A DNA stretch of 45,975 nt from Promethearchaeota archaeon (GTDB lineage: Archaea; Asgardarchaeota; Hermodarchaeia; Hermodarchaeales; Hermodarchaeaceae): NCBI GenBank assembly GCA_048938385.1, contig JBHLMG010000018.1, positions 1 through 45,975 of the forward strand, given 5' to 3'. Made by a program: the position numbers and the translations under genes. How positions within the stretch are numbered: position 1 is the first letter of the stretch; every line of letters starts with the position of its first letter. This document shows positions 37,957 through 45,975 of this stretch, piece by piece. The notes below the pieces were generated by a model. That model was not told where the DNA came from. It did not search any database and saw only the letters and a program-made list of their open reading frames with translations.

Positions 37957-38325
37957 TTATTTTTGTAAATCCTTTAATTTCTTCACAAGATCATCAATTA
38001 GCCGCTGTGCGTCACCAGTTTCAGTAATGGCTGCGGAGGCAGAGGGAACATCAATGCCCAGTGCTCTACCCAACTGGTTCTTACTGGCGACATAGATGAA
38101 AGGGATGTTTTTTTCTTGGCACATAATGGGTAGGTGAAAGATGATTTCGGGGGGATCCACATCTTCAGCAACGACTACAAATTTTGCGATTGCACGTTCA
38201 ACCGCTTTGGTCGTCTCATTTGTACCTTTTCGGACTTTACCTGTATCTCGAGCGACTTCAACAATCTCATAGGCTATATCCTGTAGCTCTTTTGGTGCAG
38301 TAAATTTGACATGTGGTTTTGACAA
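37957..38325 (-). CDS. rpl7ae: 50S ribosomal protein L7Ae (eL8)
   Basis: GKVRKGTNETTKAVER, AEDVDPPEI..HLP; TTG start 38325 after GAGGTG. Confidence 0.98.
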   Translation of the reverse strand: MSKPHVKFTAPKELQDIAYEIVEVARDTGKVRKGTNETTKAVERAIAKFVVVAEDVDPPEIIFHLPIMCQEKNIPFIYVASKNQLGRALGIDVPSASAAITETGDAQRLIDDLVKKLKDLQK

Positions 38326-38455
38326 CAAGAACACCTCTAGGTATGTTCATCGGGTCTTGTGCGACCAACAACCAGTACTTCTTTGACCCGTGGTTATGGC
38401 GCCTGTGTAGCAACAAGCCCAGCCTTTAAAGCTTTTTCTTCGCACGTGCCCTAAT

Positions 38456-39592
38456 CTAGCGAGGAGGACGCGTAGCGAGGTGCTCCAAGTCGTACCCTCG
38501 GAGTTCAAGCCAGTTCCGTGTAGCCCCGTTTATGATGAGAGGAGTTTTTGCTAATTCATCAAGGGTTGATGCCCCGACAAGGAACATGGCGGCTTTCAGT
38601 CCCCGAATAACTGTTTCCAGATATTGTTGTACGGTCTGAGCATTTACCGTGGCTGGTAAAAGAACAGGAAGAGCGACCCCCCCAATATTAGCGCCTAATG
38701 CAATCGCTTTGGCAACATCAATTCCTGTTCGAAGGCCACCAGATGCAATAATTGGTGTTGTTCCAGCGATCTGGGCAACTTCAAAGGTGGCTACAGCAGT
38801 GGGTATGCCCCAGTTAGTAAACCAGCGTCCAAGTGTGGCCTTCATCACATCCTTCTCTTTAGCCCGTTCAGCTTCAACAGCCGGCCAACTGGTCCCTCCA
38901 AGTCCGGCTACATCTAGCGCCTTAACTCCAGTATTGATTATTTTTCGGGCAGAATCTCGGTTAAGACCGGCTCCGGTTTCTTTCGCGATTAGTGGAGTGG
39001 AAATTTTTTTAGTCAATTGATGAAGAGCTTGGAGCACCCCTGAAAAGGTACTTTCACCTTCGGGCTGAACTGCTTCCTGAGCTGCATTGAAGTGAACAGC
39101 CAAGGCGTTGGCCCTAATCATCTCAATGGCAGTCTCGACTTCTTCATAACCATAACCAAGGGCAATTTGAGGTGCTCCTATGTTACCAACAAGAAATGCG
39201 GTAGGAGCCATTTCCCGAGTGATGCTAAAGGAGTCTGCGAGTTTGGAGTCTTCTATTGCTGCTCGTTGACTTCCCACACCCATAGCAAGTCCTAAGGTTT
39301 CAACAGCTTGAGCAATGTGCTTGTTAATGGGAAAGGCCTCTGGGTGACCACCCGTCATTGCAGTGACTATTATCGGAGCCTGCATTTTGTGTCCTAAAAA
39401 GGTACACCGGACATCAATCTCGTCTAGATTAAGTTCAGGTGCGGCATCATGAATAAGCGTGATGTCATCGAATCCGGTTGGAATAGTTGATTCCACTTGA
39501 CGATCTAGACAAATACGAATGTGTTCGAGTTTTCGGTTTTCTGTTGCTTGCCCCTTTTCTGTCGAACTAGGTTTTGTCCGAGAAGTGACCAT
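38456..39592 (-). CDS. fni: Type 2 isopentenyl-diphosphate isomerase (IDI-2)
   Basis: RKLEHI, AMTGG, GVGSQR, QEAVQPEG, KETGAG, GGTSW, WGIPT. Confidence 0.97.
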   Translation of the reverse strand: MVTSRTKPSSTEKGQATENRKLEHIRICLDRQVESTIPTGFDDITLIHDAAPELNLDEIDVRCTFLGHKMQAPIIVTAMTGGHPEAFPINKHIAQAVETLGLAMGVGSQRAAIEDSKLADSFSITREMAPTAFLVGNIGAPQIALGYGYEEVETAIEMIRANALAVHFNAAQEAVQPEGESTFSGVLQALHQLTKKISTPLIAKETGAGLNRDSARKIINTGVKALDVAGLGGTSWPAVEAERAKEKDVMKATLGRWFTNWGIPTAVATFEVAQIAGTTPIIASGGLRTGIDVAKAIALGANIGGVALPVLLPATVNAQTVQQYLETVIRGLKAAMFLVGASTLDELAKTPLIINGATRNWLELRGYDLEHLATRPPR

Positions 39593-39624
39593 TGCATGAC
39601 CCCTTTTTTGATTGCCTTCGTTCG

Positions 39625-40020
39625 CTAGAGGAACTCTACTAGCCCTTTTGTCGCGTCAACACGAAGTTGTTGACCAGTTTGAATTTCCTCGGTGGGGATT
39701 TTATCGATTGCTGGAATTTCTCCGATGATACATCCTACAGCAACGATGGTTTCTGTTTCTTTGTTGATTATAGCGACAGGTCCTTTTCCAGTTTTTGCGA
39801 GCTGATACAGGACATATGAACCCACCGTGGACCCCTTACCACTTGGAAAAACTAGAACTTTTCCTGTGATAGATTGCCCTTCTAGTTCATGATCTTTTTC
39901 GACGACCACACCTGTTTCCGGATCGACTCCGCCATAAAAAGAGACGCTTTGACTGGTAACCAATGCCTTCCCTGTTGCTTCACCAGGTGCGATTTTTCGA
40001 CCTTTTAGTTGCTTTGTCAT
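39625..40020 (-). CDS. Aconitase X swivel subunit (phosphomevalonate dehydratase small subunit, DUF126)
   Basis: G.ATGKALV, SFYGGVDP.TG, GKGSTVGSYV. Confidence 0.92.
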   Translation of the reverse strand: MTKQLKGRKIAPGEATGKALVTSQSVSFYGGVDPETGVVVEKDHELEGQSITGKVLVFPSGKGSTVGSYVLYQLAKTGKGPVAIINKETETIVAVGCIIGEIPAIDKIPTEEIQTGQQLRVDATKGLVEFL

Positions 40021-41207
40021 TCTTTTAAGGCCTCCTCGATGCATTCTTCTAATGAGCAGTGTTTAATTTGGAATTGATTACGCCCACGCCCGTAATAGCA
40101 GCCCTTAGCAGAATCGGTACAAAGACCTGTAAATCGACCTTTGATGGGGGCAACGACGCAGCAGGTATCACAAGCAAATTTGATGCCTGTGGCTTCGATG
40201 ATTTCTGTATAGCCCATCCGGTCAGCAACTTGCTTGGTGGGGCGAGCTGTTGTTATCCAAGTTTCTTTCAGAACCTGTTTATCTTTGACTAATTCAGCGA
40301 TTTGCCGAATTTCTCGTAGTGACGCATGAGGGCAACCGATGCTTACAAAGTCAATGGTTGCGCCTTTCTCGTTGAGTTCCTCTTCAGCTTTTTTAAGGTC
40401 TGTTTCAGTAACCGTATGAGTTGCTTTAGGAATGCGGGTGGGGTTCGGGGTGATACCCTTCATATGAAAAAGTGCTGTTCCTCCGTATGTGGCAATAGAT
40501 GCGCAAAAGGCTTTGAGCTCATCAGTGTTCGCTATGGGTATCCCACTAATGTGAGGAATTGTCCACTCAGGCTTTGAATCAAGAAGATCGCCTATGACTT
40601 TTCCAAGGGTGCCAAATCGGGCTGTTCCGGTTACTGAGGCTTTGACTGTTATTGCTACATTGGCTTGACGGTTCGTATCTAAGTGGTACCCGTATTTAGG
40701 GGTGAACCCGGTCAAGGCAGCGGCAAGGGCGCTGGGACCACCTTCTCGATTAGTTTTTGCACCAATAACTGAATTAGCAAAACAGACAGCACTACTTTCT
40801 GCCCAAGCAATGTGTTCACCAAAATGGGGTAAATTCCCTACGAGATATGGCGTGCAAGTACAAGTGGTGATGATTTCCATCTTAGCAAAGGCATCAATCA
40901 CTCGTTCTTGATTCTTGGCAAAATCAGGATCAATACCTAAAGCTTGCCAGTTTTCCAAATCCATTCCAGCTGGATTTAAAGTCGTTAAGACGCGTACGCG
41001 TCCATCCTTTGCCATCTCTGCCAGCCACTCTAACCCTGGTTCCCCAAGATTCGCGTAACTAACTCCAGCGATTTGTACTGAGGTGACGGGGACCATTTCC
41101 TGGGCGTCGTATATTTCTCCAAGTGCATAGAGGATTTCCATGCTTTTTTGAGTGGCGTACCCGTGTTTTCCTTCCAGCATCTCTTGTTGCAGTGATGTTA
41201 ATTTCAT
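40017..41207 (-). CDS. Aconitase X catalytic subunit (phosphomevalonate dehydratase large subunit, DUF521)
   Basis: GVSY, TTLNP, CTCTPY, AWAESSAV..ANS..GAKTNREG, IGCPH, DTC.VV, DSAK. Confidence 0.93.
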   Translation of the reverse strand: MKLTSLQQEMLEGKHGYATQKSMEILYALGEIYDAQEMVPVTSVQIAGVSYANLGEPGLEWLAEMAKDGRVRVLTTLNPAGMDLENWQALGIDPDFAKNQERVIDAFAKMEIITTCTCTPYLVGNLPHFGEHIAWAESSAVCFANSVIGAKTNREGGPSALAAALTGFTPKYGYHLDTNRQANVAITVKASVTGTARFGTLGKVIGDLLDSKPEWTIPHISGIPIANTDELKAFCASIATYGGTALFHMKGITPNPTRIPKATHTVTETDLKKAEEELNEKGATIDFVSIGCPHASLREIRQIAELVKDKQVLKETWITTARPTKQVADRMGYTEIIEATGIKFACDTCCVVAPIKGRFTGLCTDSAKGCYYGRGRNQFQIKHCSLEECIEEALKE

Positions 41208-41214
41208 TGGGAAT

Positions 41215-42525
41215 CTACTCCTCTAGAAATTGTCTCCAATCGACTTTGGGAAATGATGCTTTAGCGAAGGTTTTGCCTTCAGAAATTTGTAATGGTGCCG
41301 TTAAGTCAAAGCCCATCTTGGTTGTCAGGTAGGTTCCAGGTTCTGAGCTCGGATCTAGGCTGCTACCCCGTTCTTTATCTCGAATAATCAAGTCCAAATC
41401 ACCTTGGAAGCGAGTAGCCATTGCCCATTCAACATCGTAAGGATTGTAGATGTCGATGTCTTTGTCGACAATGAACGCGTGTTTCAGGCTTCCATGACCT
41501 TCAAAGGCACCTTCGATGGCTAATTTGCCATCCTCTTCTTTACGCTTATCAATTTGCACAACAGCATGCAACCAACTACAACCACCAGGATTAATATTGA
41601 CATCTAAGCAGCGAACTCCCTTCTCAGTGACCTTACGAAAAATCGTAGGTTCACGAGGCATACCCATTAATAATTTATGTTCAAAGGCACCTGGAAGCAA
41701 AGCTTGCCAAATTGCGTCCTTTCGATGAGTGATGCATGTCACTTCAAAGACTGGTTCATTTCGGATAACGTCATAAGTTTCAGTGAGGTCGATGAAAGGG
41801 CCTTCATCACCGCGCGTGTCTCGATATACTTTCCCTTCAAGTACCCATTCGCAGTCGGCGGGAATGAGCAAATCAGAGGTCTTAGCTTTGACGACACTAG
41901 TTGGTTCTAAGGCATTGGCAATTTCTAACTCGTTGACCCCAATCTCTACACTAGTGGCAGCAGCGACTAGGATGTTGGGAGAGTTACCGATACAAAAGGC
42001 TACATCTACTTCGCCTAGATCCTCCAAAAAAGTGTGGAAATTCCTCTTGGCAACCACTCGGGTTGTCATCTTGTTCTTCTCATATTGCATAGCTCGGTGA
42101 AAGTCAAGGTTTTGTCCAAATTTGGGATGCCCCGCGACGACGACTGCGGAGGAAATATAGGGTCCGCCATCACGCTCATTGTGGAAGAGGATAGGAATGA
42201 TGTCAAGATCCACAGATGGTTCTACGACCTCTTGGCATGGTGCTGATTTGACCTCTGTGGGAGGTGATCGGTCTTCGATTGCTTTACTAAGTGTTGGAAT
42301 TATTTGATCCGTTGTAATCCCGAGATAGGAAGCGATGCTGTCTTTGCTGCAAAAGAGGTTCCCCATAATACGGTAATCTGAGTCTTTGACATTTTCAAAG
42401 AGCACGGGTTTAGGTTCGACGGCTTTCAGGATGCCAGCGGCTTCCAGTCGTTTGGAGACTGGTTTTGTGATTTTCAGAAGAATATCTTCTTTTTCTAATT
42501 TTTGTAGATATTCACGCAATCCCAT
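41215..42525 (-). CDS. UbiD-family decarboxylase (probable anhydromevalonate phosphate decarboxylase)
   Basis: DGGPYI, FHR, EGPFIDLTETYD, EHKLLMGMPRE, VDKDIDI, WAMATRFQ, SSLDPS; lies between mvk and AcnX. Confidence 0.9.
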   Translation of the reverse strand: MGLREYLQKLEKEDILLKITKPVSKRLEAAGILKAVEPKPVLFENVKDSDYRIMGNLFCSKDSIASYLGITTDQIIPTLSKAIEDRSPPTEVKSAPCQEVVEPSVDLDIIPILFHNERDGGPYISSAVVVAGHPKFGQNLDFHRAMQYEKNKMTTRVVAKRNFHTFLEDLGEVDVAFCIGNSPNILVAAATSVEIGVNELEIANALEPTSVVKAKTSDLLIPADCEWVLEGKVYRDTRGDEGPFIDLTETYDVIRNEPVFEVTCITHRKDAIWQALLPGAFEHKLLMGMPREPTIFRKVTEKGVRCLDVNINPGGCSWLHAVVQIDKRKEEDGKLAIEGAFEGHGSLKHAFIVDKDIDIYNPYDVEWAMATRFQGDLDLIIRDKERGSSLDPSSEPGTYLTTKMGFDLTAPLQISEGKTFAKASFPKVDWRQFLEE

Positions 42526-42543
42526 CAATTATCACCACTTTAG

Positions 42544-43482
42544 TTATACTCCAATTTTATATCGCCAAGCTGAAAATCCTCGTTGCTTGATTGCCCCGAA
42601 TACATCGTTTTGAAGCTCGCGCTCGGGAGTTAGCGCCACCATATTACCCCCGCGTCCTGTTCCGGTTAGTTTGGCGCCCCATGCCCCAGCTTGTCGGGCA
42701 ACGCCCACTAGCTCTTCGAGTTCGACGCAGGAGACACCGATTTCGATTAGAAGTTTGTGATTCTGATTCATTAGCAATCCAATTAGTTGAAGATCCATGT
42801 CATCAAACCCTTTGCGAGCAGTAGTGACGATGTCAGAATAGTCTTCCACGATTTGGTCCCACCATTTAGTCTTCTCTTCCTTTATTTTCCGGACATCTGC
42901 GACGACTTCCTTGGTGCTAGCGGTGATTCCGGTGCTGGCAATCACGATTTCAGTTGGTTCTTTCAACTTGATTGTTTCAATAGTTGGAGGACCACCGGAA
43001 GGATCTCGTTGGTACCAAACGATTCCCCCAAAAGTTGCAGCCGTGTTATCAATACCGCTTGGTGTTCCATGGTATCCTTTTTCGCCTTCAAAGGCACAGG
43101 CATTAATTTGATTGTCATCCCAACCTAGGGTGAACTCGTCATTTAACGCTCGTGCAATCGCAGTGCAACTTGCAGCACTTGCCCCGATTCCACTAGCACA
43201 CACGAGTTTTCCAGCTAAAGTGATATGAATTCCTCTCTCACTCAAATCGAAATCTGCGAAGCGAAGGATGTTGTTGATGGAAACTTTTTGTTCGTCAAGC
43301 TTCTTTTTCTTATAACCTGCGACGGCAGGACGGTTGTCGTCAAGTGTCCATCCAGGTTCTTGAGTTCGCCGGATCGTTGCAGTGGTAGTGGCGCTGATTG
43401 CTGCCGCGATGGCGGGTAACCCGTACACTACAAAATGTTCACCAAAAAGGATAGTTTTGCCATAACCTGAGCCTTTACCCAA
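42544..43482 (-). CDS. mvk: Mevalonate kinase
   Basis: GKTILFGEHFVVYG, GIGASAA, HGTPSGID, KLTGTGRGG; TTG 43482 after AGGAGG. Confidence 0.95.
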   Translation of the reverse strand: MGKGSGYGKTILFGEHFVVYGLPAIAAAISATTTATIRRTQEPGWTLDDNRPAVAGYKKKKLDEQKVSINNILRFADFDLSERGIHITLAGKLVCASGIGASAASCTAIARALNDEFTLGWDDNQINACAFEGEKGYHGTPSGIDNTAATFGGIVWYQRDPSGGPPTIETIKLKEPTEIVIASTGITASTKEVVADVRKIKEEKTKWWDQIVEDYSDIVTTARKGFDDMDLQLIGLLMNQNHKLLIEIGVSCVELEELVGVARQAGAWGAKLTGTGRGGNMVALTPERELQNDVFGAIKQRGFSAWRYKIGV

Positions 43483-43649
43483 GATTGTTAACCTCCTAGA
43501 TTGCACCTCTTTACGAGGTACAATTGTTGTTATTCAATCCAGGATGGGGGGAATTCTGGGTCGATTCCGAGTTAGGCGCTTAATAGCCTTTCCATGATAT
43601 TGGAAAAGCAGAGTTACTGGCGAAAGGCAAAAGGAGTAGGGTGAAAGGA

Positions 43650-44264
43650 CTATGTTTCGGTGCGACGCAAAGTGGCCTCAAAGTCTTCAACTTTGAATGG
43701 GAATTCAGCATCAGGCGCTAGCTGTCCGCGCTCACGGATTACTTGTCTGGCAAGTAACCAGTAGGCTAATGAAAGCGATTTTCGTCCTTTGTTATTACAA
43801 GGCACTGCAAGATCAATGTACTGCAAGGAGTTATCGGTATCGACAAGGGCGAGAATCGGTACACGGATTTTCGCGGCTTCATTGACCGCCTGAACATCTG
43901 CTCGTGGGTCTGTGATGAATACGATTGTTGGTTCTGTGTATTGGGGTAATCGAGGATTGGTGAATGTCCCTGGAATGAATCGACCTGCGAGAGCTTTAGC
44001 GCCAATTACTGTGCAGAAGGTTTGGATGGGTTTCTGAGCATACTGTCGAGCACCTACTACAGCGATGGAGGAGGGGTGAGCGCGTGCGAGCATCCGTGAT
44101 GCGACACGAATGCGCTCATCGAATTTGCGAATGTCCAGAACATACAAGCCATCTTGACGAACGCGGTAAATATACGGCTCCATCGTGACGGTTTTAACCT
44201 GAGTACCGATGTGGATACCCGCCGCCAGATATTGGTCCAGTTCGATAAGAAGATCTTCAGTCAT
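43650..44264 (-). CDS. rps2: 30S ribosomal protein S2 (uS2)
   Basis: YLAAGIHIGT, RQDGLYVLD, GRFIPGTFTNP, PCNNKGRKSL. Confidence 0.98.
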   Translation of the reverse strand: MTEDLLIELDQYLAAGIHIGTQVKTVTMEPYIYRVRQDGLYVLDIRKFDERIRVASRMLARAHPSSIAVVGARQYAQKPIQTFCTVIGAKALAGRFIPGTFTNPRLPQYTEPTIVFITDPRADVQAVNEAAKIRVPILALVDTDNSLQYIDLAVPCNNKGRKSLSLAYWLLARQVIRERGQLAPDAEFPFKVEDFEATLRRTET

Positions 44265-44266
44265 GA

Positions 44267-44467
44267 TTAGGTTGGCTCCGTAAATTGTAGAATGTCGTCG
44301 ATTATGTCCACATGGCTGAGAAGCATTCGGCGGCAACAGTATCGCTTTAGCCCCATCGAATCAAGAACTTCGGCTGGGTCTTCGCCCTGACGAATTCTTC
44401 GACTATATTCTTCCCATTTATCAGCAATCAAACGACCACAAGTAAAGCATCGAATTGGGATAATCAT
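44267..44467 (-). CDS. rpo10: RNA polymerase subunit Rpo10 (RpoN)
   Basis: [11 protein letters not shown]...[11 protein letters not shown]. Confidence 0.98.
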   Translation of the reverse strand: MIIPIRCFTCGRLIADKWEEYSRRIRQGEDPAEVLDSMGLKRYCCRRMLLSHVDIIDDILQFTEPT

Positions 44468-44483
44468 CTCATCTTCCTCCACA

Positions 44484-44885
44484 CTATCGGTAACTCTTCT
44501 GTTTCTTCGCCCGTGCGCCAGGACCACCAAATTTCTTCTTCTCTTTACGACGCGAGTCCCCAGCCATTAGGGTTCGGTCGTATTCAACAAACTGCCTTCG
44601 AAGATCAGCGCTCTTTGTAAAATCAACAAGCCCTCGGGCTATAGCCATTCGTGAAGCTTGAGCTTGACCCATAACGCCGCCTCCACGGACATTAACACGA
44701 ATATCAACTTTTGAGGTCACTTCATTACTTGCAATAAGAAGTGGCTCTTCGATGATTTGTCGAGCCATCAGAGGAAGGTAGGTCTCAAGCGGGGTTTTAT
44801 TAATGTAAACTTGCCCAGAACCTTCCCGTACTGTAGCCCGAGCAATGGCCGTTTTGCGTTTACCGGAACTGACGACGATTTTCAT
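44484..44885 (-). CDS. rps9: 30S ribosomal protein S9 (uS9)
   Basis: [36 protein letters not shown]. Confidence 0.98.
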   Translation of the reverse strand: MKIVVSSGKRKTAIARATVREGSGQVYINKTPLETYLPLMARQIIEEPLLIASNEVTSKVDIRVNVRGGGVMGQAQASRMAIARGLVDFTKSADLRRQFVEYDRTLMAGDSRRKEKKKFGGPGARAKKQKSYR

Positions 44886-45361
44886 GATAATCCCTTCCAT
44901 CCAAGTTCGCGAGCAATATCACCAAGATACACGGTGTTTCTACCTTTTCGGAGGTTTTCCGTTAGGTCAAGATGCCGTTTAGACTTAACCCCCTCAGGCA
45001 AGCCCGTGTATACACGAAGACGCCTCATCGCCTTGCGACCACGATCTTTCTTCCAAGGAACCATTCCACGGATAATTCGGCGCAGTATGCGATCAGGCTG
45101 TCGGGGGTGAAATGGACCTTTCCAGGGAGCCGACCGCGTTCGAATTCCTAAGCTTTCTTTGTATTCTTGAACCAAACTGGCACGGTTCCCTGATAGCACT
45201 GCTTTTTCTGCGTTGATTACTATGACATGTTCGCCTTGGAGGAGTTGTTTGGCTACGACGCTAGCTAAACGCCCAGCAACTGTGTTGTTAGCATCAACTA
45301 ATAATGGTTCTATCGGCGCGGGTTCTTCCTTTTTGGGCGATTGTGATTTCGATTTTGCCAT
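44882..45361 (-). CDS. rpl13: 50S ribosomal protein L13 (uL13)
   Basis: [38 protein letters not shown]. Confidence 0.97.
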   Translation of the reverse strand: MAKSKSQSPKKEEPAPIEPLLVDANNTVAGRLASVVAKQLLQGEHVIVINAEKAVLSGNRASLVQEYKESLGIRTRSAPWKGPFHPRQPDRILRRIIRGMVPWKKDRGRKAMRRLRVYTGLPEGVKSKRHLDLTENLRKGRNTVYLGDIARELGWKGLS

Positions 45362-45373
45362 ATACGGTCCTCC

Positions 45374-45733
45374 TTAGCTGACTAACCTCACTTTCGTACC
45401 CGTTGGATTTTGCTCCATGAGTTCCTCTAGCGATAAACAATTCCCGCCTTTAGCCTCAATTTTTACGCGAGCCTGAGAGGAGAAGGAAAACGCAGCAACT
45501 TGTAGTTTATCTTCAACGACTCCCTCAGAGAGGACCTTTCCAGGAACCACTAGTATTTGACCCCTCAAATAGTGACGCTGCAGGTCACCAAGATTGACTG
45601 CAACACGCTTTCGTCGGGATGTTTGGAGTTCTTCATAGAGTCGACGCCAAACTCTTCCACCCGGATTCCGTGATTGCCGTTTAAGTTTGATGAGAAGTTG
45701 ACGACGAATCTCGTCTGTTGATTTCGTTTTCAT
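45374..45733 (-). CDS. rpl18e: 50S ribosomal protein L18e
   Basis: VNLG, VVPGKVLS.G, AAFSFS..A..KI...GG, NPTG. Confidence 0.96.
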   Translation of the reverse strand: MKTKSTDEIRRQLLIKLKRQSRNPGGRVWRRLYEELQTSRRKRVAVNLGDLQRHYLRGQILVVPGKVLSEGVVEDKLQVAAFSFSSQARVKIEAKGGNCLSLEELMEQNPTGTKVRLVS

Positions 45734-45744
45734 TGCGTTCACCT

Positions 45745-45975
45745 TCACTTACTCTTTTTCGTCGTCTTTGATTTCTTCTTGGCTGCAGGCTTCTTCGCAG
45801 CCGCCTTCTTCGCTGCAGGCTTCTTCGCAGCCGCCTTCTTCGCTGCAGGCTTCTTCGCAGCCGCCTTCTTCGCAGCCGCCTTCTTCGCTGCAGGCTTCTT
45901 CGCAGGCGTTTTCTTGGCTGAGGGAGCTGCACGCCCAGGTAGGAGCGTAATTAGTTCGTTGTATTTTTTCTGAAA
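45745..45975 (-). CDS. 3' end of a gene, probably RNA polymerase subunit Rpo3 (RpoD), with H1-like Lys/Ala/Pro tail
   Basis: Open frame FQKKYNELITLLPGRAAPSAKKTPAKKPAAKKAAAKK...KKSK*. Identity rests only on its position upstream of rpl18e in the conserved operon. Confidence 0.65.
   Translation of the reverse strand, partial: FQKKYNELITLLPGRAAPSAKKTPAKKPAAKKAAAKKAAAKKPAAKKAAAKKPAAKKAAAKKPAAKKKSKTTKKSK
45773..45916. repeat. 15/30-bp coding tandem repeat
   Basis: GCTGCAGGCTTCTTCGCAGCCGCCTTCTTC x3 at 45782-45871 plus further 15-bp units; encodes (P/A)AAKK. Confidence 0.95.

Noticed and set aside
45681-45973. Arg-rich (RRRLRRSLQ), Ser/Gln-rich and Ala/Phe-rich ORFs
   Set aside because: Alternative frames or strands of the tandem repeat; the PAAKK frame is the one open from the window edge that stops just before rpl18e.

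Overview
Chromosomal window from an Asgard archaeon; the lineage is not resolvable by eye. The left end holds the 5' two-thirds or less of a eukaryote-like actin gene (Lokiactin type, minus strand, missing from the ORF track). It is divergent from a winged-helix plus CARF-motif protein, which converges on a single-pass membrane protein with a cytoplasmic longin-like domain. The rest is mostly conserved archaeal housekeeping superoperons: t6A/KEOPS genes, an ECF transporter module, the exosome/RNase P/prefoldin cluster, uS15-GAN-eS1, the Rpo7/Spt4/aIF2-gamma/aIF5B/eL8 cluster, an archaeal (AcnX/UbiD-type) mevalonate pathway operon, and the Rpo3-eL18-uL13-uS9-Rpo10-uS2 operon. Best leads: (1) a stand-alone wHTH-CARF regulator facing actin, with a perfect palindrome beside the actin TATA box; (2) a probable decayed proteasome-alpha relic plus an inserted JAMM protease at the usual psmA slot; (3) an unannotated C/D box sRNA; (4) an AUC start codon for Rpo7; (5) an inverted, extended NDK; (6) Lys-rich/H1-like tails on several information-processing proteins. 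No tRNA, rRNA, CRISPR array or mobile element was seen.
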